Assembly: GCA_937863565.1 (NCBI GenBank)
Contig: CALMGJ010000012.1
Coordinates: forward strand, 1-64,000
Origin: an uncultured bacterium
GTDB lineage: Bacteria; AUK180
Length of the DNA: 64,000 nucleotides
Direction: 5' to 3'
Of the stretch, positions 19,018-28,875 are shown one piece after another (positions within the stretch are counted from its first letter, which is position 1; each line of letters begins with the position of its first letter). The translations under genes were made by a program, and so were the position numbers. Below the pieces are notes generated by a model that searched no databases, was not told the DNA's origin, and worked only from the letters and a program-made list of their open reading frames with translations.

Positions 19018-19986
19018 ATGAAAAAGATATTAGTTATAACGGCAGTACTTCTTCTGAGTGGACTTATTTTTGCCGGCACATCGTTCTCTTTCAGGCACGG
19101 CACGGCGGCCTTTGATTTTCTAAGGCTTCCCATCGGTGCTGTGAACTTTGCAACGGGACAGGCGATGATCGCATCGATGGATAACTCTCTTGCGGCCGTC
19201 GTGAACCCTGCAAGACTTTCAGAGATCGGCAACTGGGATATCAGAGGCGGTTCCACGCAATGGATCCTTGATACGAATTACCAGTTCGCCGGGATCGCAA
19301 AAAGGCTTTCAGACAGGCTTGGCGTTGTTTCACTCGTAGTAAGGAATTTCTCTTACGGCGATTTCGATTATACGATCCCCTGGGGCTATACCGAGGATCC
19401 CGCCGAATCCGGCGAAACGTTCACGGGCGGTGCGATATGCACGACGCTCGGTTGGGGCAAACAGCTTACCAAGAACTTCGCTTTCGGCGTAGGCATGAAC
19501 TATGCCGTCGAGACCCTCGAAGAATACAGCATGGACGGTGTGTTCTTCAATATCGGGTTCATCTACGAGAACGAAGAATATCTGAAAGGCCTGCGGCTGG
19601 GTTTCACAGCTGAGAACTTCGGCACAACAATAGCTTATTTCGAAGACAGCGAACCTGCAACGCTTCCTCTGGTCATGAAATATGCGTTAAGATGGGATGT
19701 ATACCAGACGCCCGACGCTAAACATAAATTTGTTCTGGAAGGAAACGCAGCCCAGTACAAGGATAAAGACATGTACGGTGCGGGAGCACTTACGTATATT
19801 TTCAATTCATTCTTCCACCTCTTCATAGCCGGCAGTTCCGATACGAAGCTTTTTAAACCGATCTCGCTCGGATCCCAACTGAAATTCAGGATCGGAGGAA
19901 CGATGATAGATGTGGCAATCGCATACAATATGACGAAGCACTTCGGGGATAAGATAACGTTCGAAGCGGGAGCGATGATCTTCTAA
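19018..19986 (+). CDS. PorV/PorQ (UPF0164)-family outer-membrane beta-barrel
   Basis: Signal peptide; FDFLRLPIGA..ATGQA..VNPARL plug motif; amphipathic strands; terminal Phe. Confidence 0.75.
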   Translation: MKKILVITAVLLLSGLIFAGTSFSFRHGTAAFDFLRLPIGAVNFATGQAMIASMDNSLAAVVNPARLSEIGNWDIRGGSTQWILDTNYQFAGIAKRLSDRLGVVSLVVRNFSYGDFDYTIPWGYTEDPAESGETFTGGAICTTLGWGKQLTKNFAFGVGMNYAVETLEEYSMDGVFFNIGFIYENEEYLKGLRLGFTAENFGTTIAYFEDSEPATLPLVMKYALRWDVYQTPDAKHKFVLEGNAAQYKDKDMYGAGALTYIFNSFFHLFIAGSSDTKLFKPISLGSQLKFRIGGTMIDVAIAYNMTKHFGDKITFEAGAMIF

Positions 19987-20020
19987 AGGCCGGAAGGCCG
20001 GGGATCACCCGTTCGGAACG

Positions 20021-20554
20021 GTGAACGAAACACTTCTTGACAGGTTTTCGGAACACATATCCCGTTCGCCGGTAAATATATCATCATTAAAAGATAAGCA
20101 AGAGATCTACAAAAAACTGATACTTCCTTCGCTTGAACTCGTTAAATACTTCAGCGGCTCTCATAGGGAGATCCTCGACGGCGGTACCGGCGCGGGTATC
20201 CCGGGACTGCCGCTCGCCCTGGCCTTTCCCAACAAAGTATTCAAGCTTGTCGATTCCGTGGGAAAGAAGGTCTCCGTCTTGAACGAATTTATAAGGGAGA
20301 ACGGGATATCGAACGTGGAAGCCCGGCATATCCGCATAGAGGATATTGCCGGTGTTTTCGATGCGGGAACGGCAAGGGCGCTCGGCGATTCGTTCAGGAT
20401 ACTGAAATGGTTCGGAAGATCAATACGGAAAGGAGGGATCCTGATCATCCAGACAGGGTTGAACAAGGAAGTGGCCAGAGAAGGTTCGGGCTTTACACTT
20501 GTTTACGAAGAATTGACAAAGGAAGTGAAGAACGCGATCTATGAGAAGAAATAG
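20021..20554 (+). CDS. rsmG: 16S rRNA m7G527 methyltransferase
   Basis: LDGGTGAGIPGLPLA, LVDSVGKK, RIE, ARA. Confidence 0.85.
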   Translation: MNETLLDRFSEHISRSPVNISSLKDKQEIYKKLILPSLELVKYFSGSHREILDGGTGAGIPGLPLALAFPNKVFKLVDSVGKKVSVLNEFIRENGISNVEARHIRIEDIAGVFDAGTARALGDSFRILKWFGRSIRKGGILIIQTGLNKEVAREGSGFTLVYEELTKEVKNAIYEKK

Positions 20555-21119
20555 AATATACTTCGTATCGGGCAACCTGAGCAAACAAAGAGAGATCGAA
20601 TATATCTTGAGCGAAGAATGTCCGGCTCTCAAGATCTTAGGGAAAAAGATCGATCTCGCAGAACCGAAAGGACTGCTTCTTGAGGATATATCCAGAGAGA
20701 AGGCCTTATCCGCCTATAAACTCCTGCACGCACCTGTCCTCGTTGATGATACCGGCATCATATTCGGCGAATACGGATGTTTTCCGGGGCCGTACTCTAA
20801 GGATTTCTTCATGATGGTCGGATATAAGGGTATTTTAAAGATGCTTGCCGGAAAAAGGCGTGATGCATACTATAAAAGCGTGATCTCCTACACCGATGAC
20901 GGCAGGGTCCATCAGTTCACGGGAGAATACCACGGGACGATCCGGATGAGGCCGGTCTCCACCCGCGATCCGTTCTTCCCGTATGACGCGCTTTTCATGC
21001 CCTTGCACAACAGAAAAGCAAGATCGAAGATGAGCGAGGCGGAGGGAACAAGGCATTCCCACAGACGCATTGCCCTTCAAAGGTTCGCCGCGTTCATCCG
21101 CCGCAAGCTGCGTATTTGA
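20541..21119 (+). CDS. rdgB: Non-canonical purine NTP pyrophosphatase (Ham1/RdgB)
   Basis: SGNxxK, VDDTG, FPGPY, YDALF, SHR. Confidence 0.85.
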   Translation: MRRNRIYFVSGNLSKQREIEYILSEECPALKILGKKIDLAEPKGLLLEDISREKALSAYKLLHAPVLVDDTGIIFGEYGCFPGPYSKDFFMMVGYKGILKMLAGKRRDAYYKSVISYTDDGRVHQFTGEYHGTIRMRPVSTRDPFFPYDALFMPLHNRKARSKMSEAEGTRHSHRRIALQRFAAFIRRKLRI

Positions 21120-21149
21120 TTTTTATTTTAAAAACCTATAAAATCAGTA

Positions 21150-22634
21150 ATGGAGAACAAGATGAATACTGAAGAAGACGGCATTGTTCAGGGCCGGATC
21201 GAAAAATTACGGGAATTGAAAGAGATGAACATCGATGCATTCCCTTATAGATGGGAAAAGAAAGACGGAGTAAAAGAATTAAGGGAGCGCTTCGGACATC
21301 TAAAAGAGGAAGAGGAATCAGGATATTCCACTTGCACGGCAGGCCGCCTCATCGGCAAGAGGAGACAGGGGAAGGCCGGTTTCGGGAATATCGCGGACGG
21401 AAGCGAGAAGATCCAGATATACTGCCGCCAGGATGTGCTGGGCGATTCATACGAGATATTCAAAAAAGCCGATATAGGCGATTTCATAGGGATCACGGGA
21501 AATGTTTTCAAAACGAAGACCGGTGAGCTGACAATACTGGTGAAGGGTTTTTCCGTTCTGGCAAAATCGCTCAAGCCCTTGCCTGAGAAATGGCACGGGC
21601 TCAAGGATATAGAGCTGATCTACAGAAAGAGATACCTGGACCTTATCTCCAACGGGGATTCTTTCGATATCTTCCTGAAGAGAACGAAGATCATAAAGAG
21701 CATAAGGAAGTATTTGGATTCGAAAGGTTTCATAGAAGTGGAAACGCCCATATTGCAAACGCTTCCCGGCGGCGCCGATGCCAGACCCTTCGTAACCCAT
21801 CATAATGCGCTTGATATGGAGCTTTATCTTCGTATTGCTCCCGAACTTTATCTGAAGAGGCTCATAATCGGCGGGTTCGAACGCGTATATGAACTTAACA
21901 GGAATTTCCGCAATGAAGGAATGGACAAAAATCACAATCCGGAGTTCACGATGCTTGAAACATATGCCGCCTATTGGGACTACAATGATGTAATGGATTT
22001 TACGGAAGGCATGATCAAAACCGTTGTGGATGAGGTATTCGGCGGGACCGTGGATATCGTCAGGGACGGCAGACAGATCCCTCTTTCATTCCCTTTTAAG
22101 AGGATATCCATGCTGGACGAGCTTTCAAAGGTATCCGGTCTGGACATAGCGTCCATGAATGAGGATGAGCTCATTTCCAAGGTAAAGGAGCTGGGTAAAG
22201 AAGCCCCACGGTCCAAAGGGAAAGCCATCGAAAAACTTTTCGAGCATTATGTGGAACCCTCTTTGAATAAACCCGTATTCATCACGGATTTCCCGATCGA
22301 ATCATCGCCGCTTACAAAAAAGCACAGAAGCAGAGAAGGGGTTGTGGAGAGGTTCGAGCTCTATTTCGCAGGCATGGAGATAGCGAACGCATATTCGGAA
22401 CTGAACGATCCTTTGGAACAGAAAGAGCGTTTTGAGATGCAGGAGGCGTTAAGGACCAAAGGCGATGATGAAGCTCAGAGGATGGACGAAGATTTTCTTG
22501 AGGCGCTGCACTACGGTATGCCCCCAACGGGAGGCCTCGGGATAGGAGTGGACCGCCTCGTCATGATCCTGACAAATGCGAAAACGATAAGGGATGTCAT
22601 ACTGTTCCCAACGATGAGGAAGGAGGCCGAATGA
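21150..22634 (+). CDS. lysS: Lysine--tRNA ligase (class II)
   Basis: PLPEKWHGL, YLRIAPELYLK, FRNEG, HNPEFT, GMPPTGGLGIG. Confidence 0.98.
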   Translation: MENKMNTEEDGIVQGRIEKLRELKEMNIDAFPYRWEKKDGVKELRERFGHLKEEEESGYSTCTAGRLIGKRRQGKAGFGNIADGSEKIQIYCRQDVLGDSYEIFKKADIGDFIGITGNVFKTKTGELTILVKGFSVLAKSLKPLPEKWHGLKDIELIYRKRYLDLISNGDSFDIFLKRTKIIKSIRKYLDSKGFIEVETPILQTLPGGADARPFVTHHNALDMELYLRIAPELYLKRLIIGGFERVYELNRNFRNEGMDKNHNPEFTMLETYAAYWDYNDVMDFTEGMIKTVVDEVFGGTVDIVRDGRQIPLSFPFKRISMLDELSKVSGLDIASMNEDELISKVKELGKEAPRSKGKAIEKLFEHYVEPSLNKPVFITDFPIESSPLTKKHRSREGVVERFELYFAGMEIANAYSELNDPLEQKERFEMQEALRTKGDDEAQRMDEDFLEALHYGMPPTGGLGIGVDRLVMILTNAKTIRDVILFPTMRKEAE

Positions 22635-23710
22635 ATTTGTTCTCTAAGAATTATGAGGATTTTATCGTCAGCTCTGTCGGTTATATTCAATTGAAGCAGT
22701 ACGGCAAGGCGAAGGAGGTACTTGAGAAAGCGATCAAAAAGAAACCCAATATCAGCGATGCATACGAATATATGGGCATCGCGCATTTAAAAGAGGGCAA
22801 TGAGGCGGAAGCCTCTTTTTACTTCAAGAAAGCCAATGAGATCTCAGGCGGACTTCTTGAGAAGCTCTATTTCAATGCAGGTGTGGTCTTCTTTAAAAGA
22901 GGACTCATCGATGATGCTCTGGAGATATTCACGAAGGTCCGCCTCGTTAATGAAAAAAACCAGTTTGCCCAGTATTATCTAGGGCAGATCTTTTCCAAAT
23001 CCGGCAATTACAAGGGAGCGATCGATGAATTCCAGGATATACTCGGGAAATGCCCGGATGATCTTAATACGCTTGAGAGTCTGGGATATCTCTATTTCGA
23101 TCTAAAAATGGCAGATGAAGGGATCGATGTTTTCCTCAAACTCATTGCTTTGAAGCCGGATAATGACAATTACTATTTCAATACAGCATATCTTTATAAA
23201 TTCAAGAGCAATTACGATAAGGCGATCGAGTATTTCATAAAGGCCATTGAGGTCAATCCGTCCAATTACCTGAACTATGTCAATCTCGGAGATATCTATA
23301 AACTCAAAAAGGAATTCGGAAAAGCCGAAGAGATGTATAAAAAAGCGTGCGAGGAGTTCCCCATGGACTTCATGATATATTATGATATGGGTCTTCTCTA
23401 CCTGGATCAAAAGCAGTATAAGACCGCGTTGGAACATTTCATGAAGGCCTATGACCTGAACAATGACGACAGTTATTCAGTAAATAAGATCGCCACATGC
23501 TATATGATGCTCGGCGAGGATGAGAATGCGAACCGGTTTTTCGAGATGTCCGTGATGAAGAATGAAGAGGATCCCTACACGCATTTCAAATATGGTGAAT
23601 ACTGTATGAAAAAAGGCATGAAAGAGAAAGCGAAGAGGGAATTCGAAAGAACGCTCCAGATCGAACCGAACTATATTATAGCGAAACTCAAGCTGAAAGA
23701 ACTCGGATAG
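22631..23710 (+). CDS. Tetratricopeptide repeat protein
   Basis: About ten TPR-like motifs across the protein. Confidence 0.85.
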   Translation: MNLFSKNYEDFIVSSVGYIQLKQYGKAKEVLEKAIKKKPNISDAYEYMGIAHLKEGNEAEASFYFKKANEISGGLLEKLYFNAGVVFFKRGLIDDALEIFTKVRLVNEKNQFAQYYLGQIFSKSGNYKGAIDEFQDILGKCPDDLNTLESLGYLYFDLKMADEGIDVFLKLIALKPDNDNYYFNTAYLYKFKSNYDKAIEYFIKAIEVNPSNYLNYVNLGDIYKLKKEFGKAEEMYKKACEEFPMDFMIYYDMGLLYLDQKQYKTALEHFMKAYDLNNDDSYSVNKIATCYMMLGEDENANRFFEMSVMKNEEDPYTHFKYGEYCMKKGMKEKAKREFERTLQIEPNYIIAKLKLKELG

Positions 23711-23717
23711 ATCCCGG

Positions 23718-25526
23718 TTGAGAACTGATGACGGCAATTCCATAATAAACGCCCGCCCGAACCTCAGGGTGGCATTCTTTTTTACCGCTCTGGTATTCGT
23801 GATATTTGCCCTAAATCTGATCCGGATGCAGATCGTCGAAAAGGAGAAGTACTTCCTTCTTTCTACACGGAATATCGTTTACAAGGAAAGGATAAAAGCC
23901 CAAAGAGGCGTTATAAAGGACCGCCACGGAGAGGTCATCGCGGGAAATAAACAGTCTTACGATCTCTATATCATGCCATTTGTAGCGAGGAAAGACCTGC
24001 TCGGGCTTAAAGCTTCTTTAGTAAAGGCGGGTATCGTTTTCAATACGGGAAAATATAAAAACAACAGGGAAAACCTTATAGCACGCAATATCGGATATGA
24101 AAAATACGTGTATATTCAGGTTAACAAAGACGAATTTCCTTTCCTGTTCACGAAGGAGGCCCCGCTCAGGAATTATCCCTTCGGAGCCGGATTGTACTAC
24201 CCCTTAGGCTATGTTTCGCTCGCAACGCCGGCCGAGATCAAGGAAAATGCCGCCGAGGATGACTATACGGGAAAGACCGGAATGGAAAGAACATATGACC
24301 CTGTCCTGCGCGGTGAGGACGGGATCGAAGTGTTGATCAAAGATGCATACGGGACCAAAAAGGAGCTTACGCCGGAAAATGTAGGGGACAAGAATCTTCT
24401 GGCGCTTCTTTTAAAAGGGAAAAAGGAAGTGATCCACGGCAGGGATATGGACCTTACGCTCAGCATGAAACTTCAAAAGTTCATCTATGATAAACTCAAA
24501 GACCTTCCCGCCTGTGCTATGGTGATGGATGTAAGTACGGGTGAACTTTTAGCCTTTATCTCCACTCCCTGCATCGACCCGAATCTTTTCCTTGAAGGGA
24601 TCTCCGACGAGATATGGGAAAACATCCTGAAGGACGAAAAAAATCCGCTTTTCAATAAAGCGCTGAACCTGTACAGCCCAGCCTCGACGTTCAAACCGTT
24701 CACGGCTCTGGCGGGGATGTATTTCGGCATACCGGAGATACTGCCTCCGTGCCGGGGATCGGTCGAGATGCACAATGTGGAAAAACACTGCTGGAAAGAG
24801 GAAGGCCACGGCACACAGAATATTTCCGAAGCGATAAGAAACTCTTGCAATGTATATTTTTATCAGGCCGGCGATCTGGTCGGGATCGAGCGCATGCATG
24901 AATTCGCCAAATATATCGGTCTGACCGGGACGACAGGCCAGAAAGATCTTGCAGACGAAGAGAAACCCGTTATTCCGGACCTCAAGTACAAATTCCGCAA
25001 TAAGATCCTGGACGGCAGATGGTATCCCGCTGAAACCCTTGATGCCGCGATCGGACAGGGACTGGTTCAGGTGACACCGGTAAAGATGCTGCAGCTCTAT
25101 GCTTTTCTGGCCACCGGCTTCATGCCTGTACCGCACCTTGTGAAAGCCGATCTTATTTCTGCTCCCTCAAAACCGGAAGTAAATGAAGATATGCTTGCCA
25201 AGATCAGAAAGGGATTGAGGGATTCGGTGAATGCCGGAGGAACTTCCTGGCGCGCGCATTCCACGCTTATTGAGATATGCGGGAAAACGGGTACGATGCA
25301 GACAAAGAAGATAAAAGAGTATTTCCGGAAACTTTCACCGGATCAGCAGGAACTTCCTTATGCGGACAGGGACAGCGGGTGGTTCGTTTCATTTGCGCCT
25401 TACGGTAAACCGGAATACTGCATGGCCGTCTTTGTCGAACATCACGGATCGGGAGGATATTTCCCTGCAATGATATCAAAGGATATTTATGAATTCATGA
25501 AGAAGGAAGGTTATTTTGGAGATTAG
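23718..25526 (+). CDS. mrdA: Penicillin-binding protein 2
   Basis: RGVIKDRHG, STFK (SxxK), SCN, KTG; precedes rodA. Confidence 0.92.
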   Translation: MRTDDGNSIINARPNLRVAFFFTALVFVIFALNLIRMQIVEKEKYFLLSTRNIVYKERIKAQRGVIKDRHGEVIAGNKQSYDLYIMPFVARKDLLGLKASLVKAGIVFNTGKYKNNRENLIARNIGYEKYVYIQVNKDEFPFLFTKEAPLRNYPFGAGLYYPLGYVSLATPAEIKENAAEDDYTGKTGMERTYDPVLRGEDGIEVLIKDAYGTKKELTPENVGDKNLLALLLKGKKEVIHGRDMDLTLSMKLQKFIYDKLKDLPACAMVMDVSTGELLAFISTPCIDPNLFLEGISDEIWENILKDEKNPLFNKALNLYSPASTFKPFTALAGMYFGIPEILPPCRGSVEMHNVEKHCWKEEGHGTQNISEAIRNSCNVYFYQAGDLVGIERMHEFAKYIGLTGTTGQKDLADEEKPVIPDLKYKFRNKILDGRWYPAETLDAAIGQGLVQVTPVKMLQLYAFLATGFMPVPHLVKADLISAPSKPEVNEDMLAKIRKGLRDSVNAGGTSWRAHSTLIEICGKTGTMQTKKIKEYFRKLSPDQQELPYADRDSGWFVSFAPYGKPEYCMAVFVEHHGSGGYFPAMISKDIYEFMKKEGYFGD

Positions 25527-26853
25527 AGAGAAGCAACTTGTAACATTTCTTACCGTTATTCTTTCCATATTCGGACTTCTGGCGATCTACAGCGCCTTTT
25601 CATACAAATATACGAACGCGCTTCACAATCCGCTATTCATCAAGCAGCTGATTTTTGTCATTATAGGCCTTCTCTTGATGAACATCGTCTCAGAGATCGA
25701 TTTTAAATTCTTTTTAAAAAACTCTCTGTTATTCTATGCGGGAGGGATCGTTCTTTTGATAGCGATGCTGACATTTCTGCCTGCAGTAAAAGGCAGATGG
25801 CTGAATCTCGGTCTTTTTTCCTTTCAACCCTCGGAGCTTATGAAGATTATTTTCATCGTTTATATATCGAAGGAATTCGCCGCCTTCTCAAAAAATAAAA
25901 GGCGTATGTACTTTATCAACATCCTTTCCTTTATTGCCAGAACGGCGCTTCTGACCCTTTTTCCCGCTATCCTTATCTTCAGGCAGCCGGATCTGGGCAC
26001 GGGACTTTCCTTTGTCATCGTCTATGCCATGCTGCTCCTTTTCATTGGTGAAAGTTCCTCCATATTCATCTTCATGTTCTTTTTTGCCCTGGGAATTCTT
26101 CTCGGCGTGATCCTCCGCTTCTCAGAGGGCGTCGGGTCCGCTTTAATAACCTTTTTAAAAAGCTCCGGCTGGATAAAGATGACAGCCCTTGTCTCGACGG
26201 GTCTGGCCTTTTCACTTCTGTTTTATATCCTGGCACGCTTCCTCATCGGATTACGGATAAAATTCACGCTGATCGCCGCCCTTTCGCTCGTTCTTAATGC
26301 GGGGTTCCTTTTCTCCGCGGCCGCCATGAAGATGCTTAAACCTTATCAGATCCAGCGTCTGCGGACATTTCTTAATCCTTACGAGGATATGAAGGGCAGC
26401 GGCTGGCATGTGATACAATCAAAGATATCCATCGGTTCCGGAGGTTACAAGGGCAAAGGATTATTGAAGGGCACTCAGAACAAGATGAACTTCCTGCCTG
26501 AGCGTCATACCGATTTTATCTTCTCCCTGATCTCTGAAGAGTTCGGATTCCTTGGGTCTATGGCGGTGCTCCTGTCTCAATTTCTAATACTTTTCTTTCT
26601 TTTCAATACCGCCGCACACACATCAAGTGCAACAGGTTTCTATCTCTCCGCATCGGTGTTCTCCCTGTTCTTGACACATTCTGCCCTCAATACGGGCATG
26701 AACCTCGGCATACTTCCCGTTACCGGGATCCCTCTGCCTTTCGTTTCATACGGAGGGAGCGTATATTTAAGTTTTTCCTTTCTGATAGGGATCGTGATGA
26801 ATATCTCAAAGACGACGCGCACGGCAAAAAGGGTGGATGTCTATATAAAATGA
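25516..26853 (+). CDS. rodA: Rod shape-determining SEDS protein RodA
   Basis: FQPSELMK, QPDLGT, LPERHTDFIF, PVTGIPLPFVSYGGS. Confidence 0.92.
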   Translation: MEIREKQLVTFLTVILSIFGLLAIYSAFSYKYTNALHNPLFIKQLIFVIIGLLLMNIVSEIDFKFFLKNSLLFYAGGIVLLIAMLTFLPAVKGRWLNLGLFSFQPSELMKIIFIVYISKEFAAFSKNKRRMYFINILSFIARTALLTLFPAILIFRQPDLGTGLSFVIVYAMLLLFIGESSSIFIFMFFFALGILLGVILRFSEGVGSALITFLKSSGWIKMTALVSTGLAFSLLFYILARFLIGLRIKFTLIAALSLVLNAGFLFSAAAMKMLKPYQIQRLRTFLNPYEDMKGSGWHVIQSKISIGSGGYKGKGLLKGTQNKMNFLPERHTDFIFSLISEEFGFLGSMAVLLSQFLILFFLFNTAAHTSSATGFYLSASVFSLFLTHSALNTGMNLGILPVTGIPLPFVSYGGSVYLSFSFLIGIVMNISKTTRTAKRVDVYIK

Positions 26854-27437
26854 AAAAGGATTTGAATGCGGAAAGATTGGAAAAGATGCGCCGTGTAGCC
26901 AAGGCCCGGTTCCCCGATCTCAGGATATGTCTTTATGATATTAAAAACGAGCATAATATCGCGGCGATAATAAGGACATGCGATTTTTTCGGCGTTCAGA
27001 ACATAGATATCATTAACGAAAAGTACGATAAAGAAGGCATGCCGATCAATGCATTGATCACAAAAGGAGCCCATAAATGGATGGACCTGAAGATCTGGAG
27101 AGGATCGGCGGAATATGTTAATTGGGCCCGGAAGAACGGTTTTGAAATATATTTGACGACTTTATCAGAAGATGCAGCCGACTATTCGAAGGAGAAATAC
27201 CAGGGCAGGATCATTGTTGTCCTCGGCAATGAAAAATCGGGAATAAAGGATGAACTGCTCATTGAAAATGCGGCGAAAAATGTTATAATCATGCCGAGAG
27301 GTTTCAGCCAATCGCTGAATGTGTCGGTCAGTGCCGGGATAATCCTGTCGCATATCGTTCTAAAAAAGGCGGGGCGAGGTAATAATGCCGAGGAGAAGGA
27401 TGTAAAAAAATGGCTAAAAAAATGGATAGAAGAATAA
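26850..27437 (+). CDS. SpoU/TrmH-family RNA 2'-O-methyltransferase
   Basis: HNIAAIIRTCD, LGNEKSG, SLNVSV. Confidence 0.85.
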   Translation: MKKDLNAERLEKMRRVAKARFPDLRICLYDIKNEHNIAAIIRTCDFFGVQNIDIINEKYDKEGMPINALITKGAHKWMDLKIWRGSAEYVNWARKNGFEIYLTTLSEDAADYSKEKYQGRIIVVLGNEKSGIKDELLIENAAKNVIIMPRGFSQSLNVSVSAGIILSHIVLKKAGRGNNAEEKDVKKWLKKWIEE

Positions 27438-28246
27438 CATTCGCAAAGTATTCCGGAGCGGGAAATGATTTTATCATGATCAGTAATTATACCGAGGGGT
27501 ATAAATATAAATACGCGCGCTTAGCCAGGTTTGCGTGTCCGAGGGGCAGTTCCGCCGGCGCAGACGGGATCATCTTCATCGAAAGGTCCCGGCTCGCAGA
27601 TATAAGGATGAGGATATTCAATGCTGACGGAAGTGAAGCAGAAATGTGCGGCAACGGAGCACGTTGCAGTGCTCAGTTCGCATATGAAAAAAGGATAGCC
27701 GGTAAAAAGATGAGCATCGAAACAAAAGCGGGGATACACAATGCATCTATTCTGCCGGACGCCGTATCGGTAGAGATGATACCGCCGAAGTCCTTTAAAA
27801 AATATACCATAAGGTATAAAAAGGAAAAATATAATGGCATATTAACAGATACGGGGGTTCCGCATTTTGTGATCCCTAAGTGGCCTCACGGGAACATCAG
27901 GGAAATAGGGAGGTTTTTCCGTGAGCATAGAACATTCAAGCCGGCAGGTACCAATGTTGATTTTATCCGTATAGAGAACAAAGGCAGGATAAGGATCAGG
28001 ACATATGAGCGCGGTGTAGAAGATGAAACCCTTGCCTGCGGAACGGGGGCGACGGCATGTGCCCTTACCGCCATGCGTGAAGGTCTTACCGGCCGATCGG
28101 TTTCTGTAGAAACCGCAGGGGGTGCGGTTCTTAAGATAAAGGCGACTATGGATCGAAAAGGGGAGATCACCGGAGTCATTCTGACCGGTGAAGCGCGCCT
28201 GGTATATAAGGGCGTCCTTAATGCCCGGCTGGAGGATTATATATGA
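27410..28246 (+). CDS. dapF: Diaminopimelate epimerase
   Basis: GAGNDF, NADGSEAEMCGNGARC, YERGVEDETLACGTG. Confidence 0.96.
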   Translation: MAKKMDRRITFAKYSGAGNDFIMISNYTEGYKYKYARLARFACPRGSSAGADGIIFIERSRLADIRMRIFNADGSEAEMCGNGARCSAQFAYEKRIAGKKMSIETKAGIHNASILPDAVSVEMIPPKSFKKYTIRYKKEKYNGILTDTGVPHFVIPKWPHGNIREIGRFFREHRTFKPAGTNVDFIRIENKGRIRIRTYERGVEDETLACGTGATACALTAMREGLTGRSVSVETAGGAVLKIKATMDRKGEITGVILTGEARLVYKGVLNARLEDYI

Positions 28247-28875
28247 ATGAAAACGCTCCTCCGATGATATTGTGCGTAGGCAGGAACTATCAGCAGCATA
28301 TCAAAGAAATGAACGCACGGAGAGAGGAAGAACCCGTGATCTTCATGAAACAGCCGCGCTCATACAATGAGAGTAGCAAGATCTTCATTCCGGAGGTCCT
28401 CGGCACTCTCCATTATGAGGTCGAATTGGCCGTTCTAATAGGAAGGGAATTGAAAAATGCTTCCGAAGATGAATCTGAGGCCGCAATAGAAGGTTACGGC
28501 GTAGCAATTGATTTTACGCTGAGGGAATTGCAGACGGGTTTTAAAAATAAAGGACTTCCATGGGAACTTTCAAAGGCTTTCGATAATTCAGCGCCCTGCG
28601 GGCGATTTATAAAAAAAGAAGCATTTTCAGATAATCCGCAAAACTGCGATATCTCGCTTTCAGTGAACGGCAAGACGGTACAGAGCTCAAATACGGCCCA
28701 AATGCTTTTTAAACCTTCGGAGATAATCTCTTATGCGAGCAGATTTATCACGATCCCGGAAGGAACCATACTTTTAACGGGAACGCCTGAAGGTGTAGGT
28801 CCTGCGTTCCATGAAGATCAGTTCGAAGCGAAAACCGGTACCGCGATGCACCGCTTCACTCTTTTAAGGAAGTGA
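28243..28875 (+). CDS. Fumarylacetoacetate hydrolase family protein
   Basis: CVGRNY, HYEVEL, DFTLR, SKAFD, LTGTPEGVG. Confidence 0.9.
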   Translation: MNENAPPMILCVGRNYQQHIKEMNARREEEPVIFMKQPRSYNESSKIFIPEVLGTLHYEVELAVLIGRELKNASEDESEAAIEGYGVAIDFTLRELQTGFKNKGLPWELSKAFDNSAPCGRFIKKEAFSDNPQNCDISLSVNGKTVQSSNTAQMLFKPSEIISYASRFITIPEGTILLTGTPEGVGPAFHEDQFEAKTGTAMHRFTLLRK

